NCBI GenBank assembly: GCA_009914755.4
Contig: CP068257.2
Coordinates: 13,504,001 to 13,568,000 of the forward strand
From: the human T2T-CHM13v2.0 reference genome, Homo sapiens
Length of the DNA: 64,000 nt
Reading direction: 5' to 3'
Shown here: positions 46,436 to 58,816 of the stretch, in pieces
Layout of the letters: the number at the start of each line of letters is the position of its first letter
Position numbering within the stretch: the stretch's first letter is position 1
Made by a program: the position numbers and the translations under genes
Notes under the pieces: generated by a model
Seen by the model: only the letters and a program-made list of their open reading frames with translations
The model's database searches: none
What the model was told of the DNA's origin: nothing

Positions 46436-46543
46436 TTAGGATGACGGTTCTCTACAAAGTAGAACTTTGTACTCATTTGAATGTTTTTGGATGTAAATTA
46501 CAGAAATCCAGCAAAAGCAAAGCAAAGCAAACAAACAAAAAAG

Positions 46544-46850
46544 TAGCCAAGTGTGGTGGCTCATGCTTGTAATGCCAGAACTTGGAGAGGCCAAGGCAGG
46601 AGAATCACTTGAGCCCAGGAGTTTGCAACCAGCCTTGCCAGCATAGTGAGACCCTGTCTTTAAAAAATTTTAAAAATTAGCTGGGTGTAGTGGTTTGTGC
46701 CTATAGTCCCAACTACTTGGGAGGCTGAGGCAGGAGGATAGCTTCAGCCTGGGTGGTTGAGACTGCAGTGAGCTATGATTGATCACAACACTGCACTCCA
46801 GCCTGGGCAGCAGAGCAAGACCCTATGTTCCAAAAAAAAAAAAAAAAAAA
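46544..46850 (+). mobile_element. Older Alu (AluJ-like), forward orientation, inserted next to a (CAAAG)n/A-rich tract
   Basis: 'agccaagtgtggtggctcatgcttgtaatgccagaacttggagaggccaaggcaggagaatcacttgagcccaggagtttgcaaccagccttgccagcatagtgagaccctgtctttaaaaaa...gctgggtgtagtggtttgtgcctatagtcccaactacttgggaggctgagg...' followed by A19. Preceded by 'gcaaaagcaaagcaaagcaaacaaacaaaaaagt'. Confidence 0.9.
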
Positions 46851-48821
46851 GTGGATTTTTTAGTTCAATTAACTAACCGAGAATTCCAAGTCTAAGCGTT
46901 CTTGTCAGGGCTCACTCTTTCTATGTCTTAGATCCACATGACTTTGTTTCTTTTTAAGAATTGACTGAAGCTTCTCACCAGGTGCATTGGCAGGAAAGGT
47001 TGTCAAAGCTCATACCCTACAGAACATGATCCAAAAGAAAGAGAGAACAGTTTTACTCCCAGTTCCAATATATGGAATTGCATGAGTGCAATTGTCTAAT
47101 TGTCACTGCTAGGGTTGTGCATGTGCTCTGTAAACCATGTGAATTAGAGAAGGGTATTCCACGATTAATCAAGCCACACAATGTTTCCCTATTGGGTAGA
47201 GACAAGTCATGATTGGCACTCTCACCACAACCACGTAGAAAGAGGAGAAATATTCCCCCAGTGGCAAGAGAAAAGCTATATTTAAAACCAGTTTTGGAAG
47301 AGGGCATTGCATTGGGTCTCCTTTAAACTGCTACTGGCTGAGTTTATGAGGTTCCACTGAGAGACATAGTCCATCCAGTTTGTATGTGGCCTTTATCAGG
47401 CATGCGGGAGAGCACAAAAGACTCACAACAAACCTTTGACCTCATGTCCATAGGTTTGGACTGGGTTTGGAGAGTTCACCTGCAGACTAGCTTGATAAAA
47501 AGTGCTGTCACAGATGTAAATTGGAATGTCAGGAATAGCTTTATTGACTTTTGTGCCAGAGCATAGGATCTGAAAAGTCATTTGTTCTGCAATCTTTTAG
47601 AAAGACAGAGGCCATGCAATATGATCTTCTTCTACTGTGATATTACTGGAAAAAGGACTGGACATTTGTGCTGGCTCCATTTTCTGCTGATATATAGTTG
47701 TGACCCAGGACAATTTATTTAACCTCTTTGGAACTTGGTTTTCTAATGTATTAAGGGAGGTGGTTATGCCAGTTGATCTCCAACATCTTTGATCATTCAG
47801 CCCTGAATTTCTAAGGTTTTATTTTTTTCATTGGTTTTCATCTGACACATAGGCTGGAAAAGATGAGACTATGGTAAGAGGCAGGTAAAAGTCATTGTAC
47901 TAGACAACTTGAAAAGGATATCTAAAAGATAATAAAAAGACAACTGGTTATTTTTATTTGTTTTAATTTCCCTAAAAAAGATATCAACTCCAATTACCAA
48001 TCTTTGTTTTTAAATTTTAAAAATCACTTATTTTAAGGAATATTTAAGAAGGAACTTGTAGTGTCCAGTGAAGCAACTTCAAAAAGAAATTAGAAAAAGA
48101 GACTTGAGATAACTAGCAAAAGCAATGAGTAGATCTTGTTTTGACCCTAGCTTGAACAAAACAATTATAAAATACATGTTCTGTACAAGGGAGAACTTAA
48201 ATATGACTTGCCTATGATATGGTACTAAGGAATTATGATTTTCTTAGATGTGACAACAATAATATTGCTATTATGGCAAATTGTGGGAAATAGTTATTAC
48301 TTTACAGTGATGCATACTTAAATATTTAGGGTTATATGTCATGATATCTGTGATTCACTTTCAAATACTTGAGCAAAATAAAATATATATAAATCGAATG
48401 CGGCAAAATGTCAGCAAAAAAAAAACCTAGGTGAAAGTTCAATGGTTATTTCGTATACTATTCTCACCGTGTTTCTGTAAGCTTGAAAGTTTCCAAAAAA
48501 ATTAAAGAAAACTGATTGTCCTTTAAAGTTTCAAGCTGTGCTTACCTTACATATTTATTTCAAATACAGTTCTAGTTTTTAGTTTTCCCAGGTGAAACTG
48601 GACTTAAGTGTCTTTAAGACAGTTAAAATATGATACCTGGATTTTCAACTTCAGGATGTGAGTTATAAGGTAGTAAAGGGACAGCCTATTTCCTATGCAA
48701 AAATGACCTTAAATAGAATCTTTAATATTCAGTATGTCCCTCCCTGCCCTCAACCACGCACACACATAGAACCTTGACTCTTTATAGCTTTTGCTAATTG
48801 TGTTAATGAGCCCAGATGAGG

Positions 48822-49028
48822 CTGAATAATGTAGTGGTTAGAAATTCTAGCTCTGAAACCGGTTACCTGGGTTGGGATCCTTATGTTAACACCTTATGTT
48901 TCAGTTTTCCCAGCTGTAAAATGGGGGAAAATGTTATCACCCATATGATGGGGGCCTTTTGAGGATTAGACATATTATGCACTTAGCACAGTTTCTGGCA
49001 CTTCGTAATTGTTAATTATTATTTATAC
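48822..49028 (+). mobile_element. MIR SINE, nearly full length
   Basis: 'aataatgtagtggttagaaattctagctctgaaaccggttacctgggttgggatccttatgttaacaccttatgtttcagttttcccagctgtaaaatgggggaaaatgttatcacccatatgatgggggccttttgaggattagacatattatgcacttagcacagtttctggcacttcgtaattgttaattattatt' is collinear with the MIR consensus (tRNA-like head, 'cctcatctgtaaaatgggg' core, 'gcacttagcacagtgcctggcacatagtaagcgctcaataaatgttagctattatt' tail). Confidence 0.8.
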
Positions 49029-52000
49029 ATTTTGCTGTGGGGAATCCAGATAAGGTTTGAGTTGACGTCAATGTTCAGGGACAGAAATACTTTTGCTTTT
49101 CAGGTGATAAAATTGGTTCAAGAGATGCATTCTGCCCTAGTGACTAGTGCTGAGACAGAGATTTTTAAAAACTGGAAGGGCAGCATGGCACTGTGGAGTC
49201 TCTTTGATTGTAGTAATTTCCCTTACCAAGTGACTTAGTCAAAGTCTTCTCAGAATGCTAGAAAACTAACATCTGAGAAAATAAATTTCTCAAGACTCTC
49301 TAAAAATAACATCTCCCCAACAACTACAGGCTGGAATTATATTTGATAGATGCTTCATTGTACTTGGCAGGCATACTAAAGTGATGTTGTGGTGGTTATT
49401 ACAAAATTTGCTGCAATCATTTATAACCAAGTAAGACTCCTTCATTAGGTTACGTGTCTATTATAAGTGCTTATTGAAAACCCAGGATTTGGTTTCTTTG
49501 TAACATGTAAGTTTCCCGTTTATCTATGACCTTTTACATTTAAGTATTGCCCAAGCACATGAAAAAAAGGAATTTGTTTCAATGGAGATACACAAATATC
49601 CTTATTCTTCCTGGACCTTATTATGAAAATTCAATGCTACTCAAGTTTCTCTAATAAAACTTTAGAGAAACTGCCAAAGACTTGGGTTTTATTTTGTTGT
49701 CAGTCTTTATTTAATAATGGCATCTGTATTTTACCCAAAGTAAATCTTTTCCTTCTTAGAAAGGTAAGCAGCGGATGACTTCTCTATTGAAGACTCCTCT
49801 TTGGGGCCCTGGTAGCCATTTGCCAGGCCAAATATGATTCTTCACACATCAAAAGAGCCATTTAAAATAATTTATGTAAATGAAATTGTTGCATTGCTAG
49901 AATCTGAGTAAAGAAATCCTTTGGTGCCTTGGAGCAACTGCAAGAAGCTAACATCAAAATCAGTCCTTCAAATTCTTTTTTCAAGGAGAAACCAGGTAAA
50001 AGAGACTATATGATTTAGACTTGTGTGTGTTATTCCTCTGAATTCAATTTAAATTGGGGAAATCTGGCCTTCGTGGGGAGCTGTTGGTATCCTGTTGGAA
50101 ATGAGGTCATCTCTGTTCTGATCTTCCACTCTCTGCAAAAGAATCTACTGTAGTGGGGCACAAAATAGAAGCTGTTCAGGAAGGCTGAGTGAGGGAAGAA
50201 GTGGACTCTAGGCTCCCTTTCATCCCAGAAAGTCAGTATCTGTTTGGGGTACAAGTGACAGGCCTTCAAATATGTGTCACATAGCCTTGCTAAGGACGAA
50301 ATAAAGGTCTCAGTTCCATCTCCAAAATTGTCAACTTGGACTTTTTAAAAATATAAACAGCACTAGATTAAGTGAATATATGCACTGGAGCTTCTTGGTA
50401 AGTGAAAATTATTTTGAAAATATGATTAGTAATTTTTTTATTTTATTATTTATTATTTTATTTGCCATTTTCAAATATCACTATCACTCTTTCCTAACCA
50501 TTTTTAAGTTTTTAACCTTCTGCCCAAGTTTTAACATTAAGAACACCCAAGTCACAAAAGTGTCTCTCCAGCACTGTGCTGACTAGGTGGACACTGATTT
50601 ACCCACTTCTCAAATTTTTGGGTATTTACAGCTGCTTGTAATATCATCATTTTGAACCATCGCTCCATACAATATCTACATACTTACAAACAAACAGAAA
50701 GAAACAATACCTCTAAGCTTACATACTACAAAAAAAACAGTATTATTAGCAGATTATAAATTTTTGCTCTTTTCTTAACTTCCTTAGGCTCATTTGTTCT
50801 TATTGAATGTTTTACTAATTGTCGACCCTCTCCCCCAACTCTGGCCCCAGCTGGCTACTGAACAAATTTGCAAACCTGATGAAAATATGAAACAGCCTTA
50901 GTTCCAAGTTAGCCCTTAAGTGCAGCTATCTGTCCCTGTAAGGTCACGTTCTCTCAAGCATTTGGTGAGCAGTGTAAGTGCCCTACAAGGAGTGCGACTG
51001 CTTGCTACACTCTCCAGTGGTGAAGCAGGCAAATTTGGACACAGCAGCTGTCTGCTCCTGAAGACAGCTGGAAATAACCATGTGTGATAGGATCAGCTAT
51101 GTGAGGCAGGGTAGCACTGTTGTCTGTAAACAGCATGCTATCTCTGAGACTCCAAGACAGTGACACAAGCAGCACCAGGCTCAACCTGCCCTCAGAATAG
51201 CAGGGGAGGCGCTTTACATCCAGCCTTGCATAAGTTGAATCCGAATCACAGGATTTTAGGACTGAAAAGTGCCTTGGAGACCATGTCACAGCCCTCTATT
51301 TTCACAGATTAGAAAGGAAACAAAAACAAGAATCTGAGACCGCAGAGGTATAGTGACTTGTGATATTTGTAATTGTCATTTTGCATACATGCATAGACCC
51401 ATCAGGGATCCAAGCAGATGCATGTGTCATTCTGTCGTGCTTAAGCTGGTTCATTTGTTTCCTTTCAAATGGTTAATTATGCACATCAACAAAATTTCAT
51501 AAGATTTAGCCTTAGATATAAGAGTAAATATTTTGTTCTGCCCTCAATTCAAATATGCCCTCAGGAGAGCGACATCAACAGTCATGTGGTTACTGTATGG
51601 CAGGCTTTGTCTGGAACCAAGCACTGAAACTACAAAGACAAATGTCAGGATGACTTAGAGGCATTCACAGACTAGTCTGGGAAACAGATATATGAACAAA
51701 TAATTAAGAGATATTACACAAGTGTCATATGGGAGATTTATGTAAAGTGAAATATTAGCCTATGAAAAAGTCACCACCTAGGAAATAGGGAGAAAATTGA
51801 GTAAGGCCACAGCAGAAAACCACTGATTTAAGTCTTCTCTATAGTAACACTTGAATCCTGGAGAAGGGCGTGAGAAAGATGAAGGAGTCAGTGCAGAGGG
51901 AAAATTTCAGGCAAGAAGGAAGAGGGTTTTATTTATTGTAAATTGACTTTGAAGAGCCACCATTTTTTTTCTCTGTCTGATTCTTCTACTATCTGCTGTA

Positions 52001-53084
52001 GCTAAAATTTGCATAAAGAAACTGTGCGATAAGGGTCTCTTTTGAAGCCGTGTGCATGGACTTCATGATTGCATTTTTCCTTCATTCTTACAGACTCTTA
52101 TATTCTGGTTTGTACTTTTGTTTGGCTTGATTGAGATTGTCAGAAATATGATTCTAAGACAGATAAGAGGCATTCTAGATTATAAGTGACCAAATGAGGA
52201 ATAGCTGGTGGTAATTCTTAAACCAGGAGGGACGTTGGGAGATTGGAAAGTCATAACAACAATCCAGGGAAGAAAAGCTTTCACTATGACCTCAGATTGA
52301 AAGTCAACAAAGAAACAAGACACTCACGAAAAATACAGCAGGAAGAAATAAAGGATGCAGTTTCAAAGTGCAAGTTTATTAGGAGTCAAAGACAATAAGT
52401 TGTCATCATTTGCCTACAAATTGACTGGGCTTTAAAAAATAAGAGGGTAAAGGAAAATAGGCACTTCTGTTCATTGCTGATGGGAGTAAAACTTGGTAGT
52501 TTTAAAATTACCATCCTGGAAGGTAATTTTTCTCCCTCACTCTCTAAATATAAGTATGTACATATTACATATATGAAGATATTATATAATATATGTAAAT
52601 AATACATGTTATAAATATATATATATTTTACCGTATTCCATTTAAATTTTATACATCCACAGATCCTCATCCCAAGAAGGTAATATGTATGTGCCTAGGT
52701 TATGATACAAAGGTGTTCATGGCAGAGATGCTTATTAAACAGAAAAAAAAGAAAGAAACCTGAATATTTGATAATAGAATACACATCACATGTATTATAT
52801 GTCCATAAAATGGAATACTATATAGCTATTAAAAATACTGTTCTTTTAAAATTCACAAAGATTAAAATAGTAGACATAAAGTACTTAGAACAGTGCCTGG
52901 TACCTAATAAGTGCTCAATCAGTGTTAACTTTATTATTATTATTAGCATATTTTAAAACATGGGGAGATATTTCCATATGTAAAGTAAAAAAAGTTACAA
53001 AATAGTATATAAATTATGATACCAATTATGTGTGTATGTCTATATATATATATGCATGTGAACTTAGGAAAAAGATGGAGGGCA

Positions 53085-53506
53085 TATTAGTTTGCTAGGG
53101 CTGCCATAACAGTACCCTAGTCTCGGTGGCTTAAATAACATAAATTTATTATTTCAAAATTCTGGAAGCTAAGAGTCCAAAATCAAGATGTAGCAGGCTG
53201 GATTCCTCTGAGGACTGTGAGCAACGATCCCGTTCCAGGCCTCTCTCCTTGCTTGCAGACGGCTATCTTCTCCCTACATCTTCTCATTTTCTTCCCTCTC
53301 TGGGTATCTATGTCCAAATTCCTCCCCCTCGCTTTTTTTTAATAAGGATTTCAGCCATACTGGATTAGGGCCAACTGTAAAAACTTCACTTTAACTTGAC
53401 TATCTCTGTAAAGACCCTATCTCCAAATAAGGTCACATTCTGAGGTATGGGGGATTAGGACGTCAATATTTGAATTTTGGGAGAGATACAATTAAATCCA
53501 TAAGAG
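53085..53506 (-). mobile_element. ERVL-MaLR LTR (MLT1-like), reverse orientation
   Basis: 'ttagtttgctagggctgccataacagtaccctagtctcggtggcttaaataacataaatttattatttcaaaattctggaagctaagagtccaaaatcaagatgtagcaggctgg...ggattagggccaactgtaaaaacttcactttaacttgactatctctgtaaagaccctatctccaaataaggtcacattctgaggtatgggggattaggacgtcaatatttgaattttggg' is the reverse complement of the MLT1 consensus. A short (TA)n lies immediately upstream. Confidence 0.72.
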
Positions 53507-53626
53507 ACAGTATGTATATCAGTAATTTTTGAGTTATGGATGGCATTTATTTTATTCTTTTTCCTTATCTGTTATTTTTTTGCAATGGACTCTTGGAACT
53601 AATACAATTTTAAAAAGTTATTTTTT

Positions 53627-53943
<317 letters not shown>

Positions 53944-56900
53944 TCAGAAAGCCAGATACCCTTTTAATAACTTGACTAAAAATACTTCTAATTCCTTCCA
54001 TATTTCTCTATTCATCTTTAATATTACCTCATTTTACTGTTTAAGACTAAGCATAGAACTTAGAACATTTAACATTCCCTGTAGAAAGGAAAAGTTTGGA
54101 TACTGAAACTCTGAATATTCAGATTATATATGCAATATGTATTGCATGTGCTTTAGAGGTCAAGATTATTTTCTTCTGGAGTTTCTGTTTCTTCGTGGAT
54201 TCCTAAACTGTGTTAAGATAAAGCAGAATGATTACATAGCTTACAAGTATTGTCATTTTGGAGGGATGCTTACTTTCCTGCCAGTTTCTGAGCTTGTCAA
54301 ATCTAAAGTCAGTACTGTACATTTTTCCTGAATACTACATCACTTTTAAATAGGAATCCTGCATGTTGAAAAATATGTATCAGAGGTAAAACATGTTTTA
54401 TATAATAGATAGACTTTTAAGTAATCAGTCATTATTATAGAAATCAGAGTAAACTGAAATGCGATAGGATAACTTTTACTTTGGTAACAAAAAGAATGAA
54501 CTTGTAAAGCAATAAAGTAACAATTAATTTGCATATCTTTTAAAACTTCATTACTGAATTTGACTTTCCCGAAGCTAAGGATGTGCCTTGCTTTTCATTG
54601 TAAAATGGCTGGAATTAGGATATGCTACACAAAGATGAAAGTGTATGTAAGGAAAGCTTATACTCAAAAACTGTTTTCAATCTATTATTTGAAAGTGCTG
54701 GTCATCTGACCTTATGCTTCACAGCTCATTCATGGGTCGACGTTCAGTGAAATCAATTCATTGTCTGCAATTAACATACATCATTCTCATATTATTAGGT
54801 GGCTTGTATGGCTAATGCTTTTCCAACTCTAATTATTGATTTGGTTTCATAAAATAAATCAGATACAAAATACCAGCTTCTTTACTAGTATTCCTGGTGA
54901 TGCTACCGAATTGCAAAAATAAATTACTGAAGAAGGTTTTGTGGCTGGCACCTTAGAGGGAGAGAAGATTGTTACTCATTATGTTAAGTACTGTCTTATA
55001 TCATCATGTAAATAACTTTAGTGATTGCTTGGAAAGAAAACTATTCCAAAGAGAAAATTAATATATCTGATTTGTTTATTTATTCATCTAATTTAGGGCT
55101 GAAAGATTTTTGGACTGATACAAGATAAGAAAATATGTCACTAAAATTTATCAGTGCACACAGCGAGGGACCTTACCCTATAAATATAGATTTAAATAGT
55201 TGCATGCTTGGTTTTCTCTGATAAGTTAAATCAGATAAGATGTTTAATATATAATTCTCCATTGTATGTTAGAAGAATTCTACCCATCTCTCTGTTTCTG
55301 TCAGTTGTAGGTTGGATGGGAAATTAAAAGTTAATTTTGTCTTTGTCCTTTTGTCTTTTTCTTATCAGCAGTGCCTGGGAGGCATGGTAAATAAAGTGTG
55401 CTCAAAGTGACCTTCAGTTAACTCATATCGTCTTGACACAAGTAAGCCAGGCTCTACCCTTGTAATCTTCATTGTCAGCTACATGAAGAGGAGCTTCTTT
55501 CAGTAGGAAGTGCGCATCATCCAAAAATATATAGGTATTTTATTCATTTCATGTGATTGTTTAAAGGAGACTGCAAGAGTAGAGAATCAATAGAGAAGGC
55601 AATGCGTGAAGGAGAAAAAATTACAGGCCAAACTGCTGCCACGCAGAGGGTGAAGTAATTTACCCAAGGTTAGTAGCAGAACTTCCATTTAGGGACACAG
55701 TCAAAATTAGAACCCGTGGGTCCTAGCTTTAGGTGCAGAATGCCTTCCTCTTCTCCATCCTGCCTGAGGCTGTGGAAAGGCAAACGAGCTGCCCTTCTCA
55801 TATGGGGTTAGATGACTGGTTAGGCACTGCACAGCCACATGTCTGCGTGGCATGTTGTTTCTTTACCTCTGCCCTATTCACATTTCTGTCTCTCTCTACC
55901 GAAGTCAGAAGTTGAAACTTCTAGTTGTAAGGACACAAAGTGGCTCCATGTCAACTTTCCCCCGTAAATTATTTTTATGGGCATACCAACCAAGGGCATA
56001 TCTCAAACGCATGATTGCTTTTGGCATCGTACCAATGCTTCTCCCCCCACCCCTGTTTTATGGATAAAAAAGGCCTTTTCTGGTTATTCTTCTCAGATGG
56101 GGCCCTTGAAACTTCTGTAATGCATAATGTTAATAAATCAACTAGCAAAGGAAAAAAAATAAGTCGCCTGATAAAAGTAGGCATTTGAGAGTTCAGGCTC
56201 CTGAAATCTATACCCATTTCTTAGTTATATGGAACACATGACTTCAGGCTATTCCTGTATCCCTTTTCACTCCTCAGTAAAAAGCTGATTTTAGATGAGT
56301 GTTCTGATTAGAAGTTGCTGCATTAAGAATGTTAGAACTACAGGTCTCCTGCATCTACGGCCGAATAGATAGGTGGGGCTGCTAATGACGTTGAGTGTTC
56401 CACGAAGAGTGATATGTAAAGATCTTCACTTGGATGTACTGAGTGACCACTGTGTGTTCAGTAACCACAGGGCAGGATATCTGAATTCTGCAAAGGACAC
56501 AGCGCTGCAGTGTGTGCCCTTGAGAGTCTCCTTTACAAACACGCCAGAGCAGAGATAGTGACCTCATGCTTCCCAGAGAACATCTTCGCTGGGCTGTCCT
56601 GAGGTCACCTCACACTCAACACACCCAAAATAGAAACACAATCCTCCTCACACTTGTGTGGGGCCACATCATTCCCCCATTTGCTAGAACTAGCAATCGC
56701 ATTTTTATGCCAATGACAAATTGGTTCTGTGTCTGTACAGTCTCCTATAGCTACACCTTCCATGGCTCTCCTGCCACCACTACCTTGATGCAGGCTTGTC
56801 ATTACCCTTCACTGCCACTCTTGCCATGACTTTCCTGATGGGCTCTGAAACTGCAGATTCTCCCTCGCCAGTCCATCTTCTGTGCTGCTAATGGGACTGC

Positions 56901-57059
56901 TTACTAAAACACCTGCTCAGGCCCACCACCTTACCCAAAACCTACAATTGTTCCTTGCTGCCTACAGAATAAATTCCAAAATGGTAAGCCTTGGAGGCAA
57001 AGCCCTTTCATAACCTGGGCCAAGCATTCCTTCTTCAGGCTTATTTGGGAATAAATAAT

Positions 57060-57412
57060 TGCTATGGTCTGAAGGTCTGTGTCTCCCCCAAATTCATATG
57101 TTGGAAACCCTAATACCCAATGTGATAGTATTAAGAAGTGGTGCCTTTGGGAAGTGATAAAGTCACAAGTACTCCACCTTTGTTAATAGAATTACTGCAC
57201 TTATAAGAGGCTCCTTGGAGCTCCCTTGCCCTTTCTACCCTGTGAGCATGCAGAAAGAAGGTACCATCTTTGAAGCAGAGAGCAAGTCCTCACCAGATAC
57301 CGAATCTGCTGGTGTCTCGACCTTGGACTCCCCAGCCTTCAGAACAGTCAGCAATACATTTCCATTATTTATAAATTACCCAGTCTAAGGTTCTTTGTTA
57401 TAGCTGTCTGAA
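57060..57412 (+). mobile_element. ERVL-MaLR LTR (MLT1-like), forward orientation
   Basis: 'tgctatggtctgaaggtctgtgtctcccccaaattcatatgttggaaaccctaatacccaatgtgatagtattaagaagtggtgcctttgggaagtgat...cttataagaggctcc...ccttggactccccagccttcagaacagtcagcaatacatttccattatttataaattacccagtctaaggttctttgttatagctgtctgaaatgat' matches the MLT1 consensus end to end. Confidence 0.75.
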
Positions 57413-58371
57413 ATGATGAGGTTAATAATTAATGAAATAAATCAGTTTCCTCCAGATATACTCTATGGTCTTCAGCCTGTACCTCTCTTCTCATACTATC
57501 CCCCCAGTTTGAACCACCGTTAAAGGGCCTACCAAACTGTTGTATTCTTCCTATGGATACAAAGCAGGTGTCAACATTTAGGTTGTCTTGGGCCAATTGA
57601 AGATGAAAACCTAGTATTCACATCTACAATCAAGTTGTATAAACATGTAAAAATGAGATACTATATACATATGAGAGTAATTGGCTAGATATCAACCAGG
57701 CAAGACTGCCCTAAATTGTGATATATTTTGAGAACAGAATCAACTGTAAGTATGATCCATGCCTCATTGCATTACAGGGAGAACCTCAAAAAATTATATT
57801 ACTGCAACCTGGGATGAGAGGTAAGGGAGGTGGAAAGTCGGTAGAGATGGTAAATTGGTGGTGAACTTTATTTTACAATTAACCTACGGGGATGATTATT
57901 AAATAATAGTATGCTTTGGTACTCAGAAGTCAAACCATTGGATAGGACAATGAGATTTAGAGAGAAAACTAAAATTTCCATGCTCTTATCCTTTGTGTTG
58001 TTTCTTCCAAATATATTTATCAAAACACATTTTAAGAGGGGTGGGAAACGCCAGTTACACAAGAAAAGCTATCCTCTGCCCGACTGAAGAAATTGTTCAA
58101 ACAGAGTGCATTCTTTCATAAGCAATGCTTCCTAATGTAGCCAGGGTCAGCAAGGGCTTAGGTTATTAGTTATGTAATCCCTCGTTCCTCAAACTGCAGT
58201 TTTGATTTGAATACACAGTTTCAATTAGTTACTTCAGTTTTTGTCTTGCAGCGTATTTCATTTTTAGAATCAAGAGAAGCTCAGATAATCCCTGAGTTCA
58301 CAAATAACACATCTGACCCCCGAGAGGTACCTTTAGCACAGCTTTGAGCCCTGTGCTCTTTCTGTGACACC

Positions 58372-58816
58372 ACTTATAGATTGAACTGTGTTCCCCAAAA
58401 AGGTATGTTGAAATCCTAGTCCCTGTAATCCCTGGTATCTGAGAATATGATCTTATCTGGAAATGGGGTCTTTGCAGACATAAGATATAAGTTAAGATTA
58501 GGTCATACTGCAGTTGGGTGTGTCCTTAATTCAATCTAATGTATACCCTTCAAAGAAGAAAAAAGACACAGAGAGGAACACACATGGAGAACTCTGTGTG
58601 ATGACACAGGAAAACTAAGCAACACCACATACTGATGGCCCCAACCAGAAACTAGGAGGAGGCAAGGAAGGATGCTACCCAGGGTCTCAGAGGGAGCGGG
58701 GTACTCTCAACAATTTGATTTTGAACTTCTAGCCTCCAGACTGTGCAAAAATACACTTCTGTTTTAAATTACCTGGTTTGTGGTACTTTGTTACAGCAGC
58801 CCTAGTAAACAAATAC
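58372..58816 (+). mobile_element. ERVL-MaLR LTR (MST/MLT1-like), forward orientation, about 445 bp
   Basis: 'ttgaactgtgttccccaaaaaggtatgttgaaatcctagtccctgtaatccctggtatctgagaatatgatcttatctggaaatggggtctttgcagacataagatataagttaagattaggtcatactgcagttgggtgtg...acttctagcctccagactgtgcaaaaatacacttctgttttaaattacctggtttgtggtactttgttacagcagccctagtaaacaaatac' are canonical MaLR LTR motifs. Confidence 0.75.
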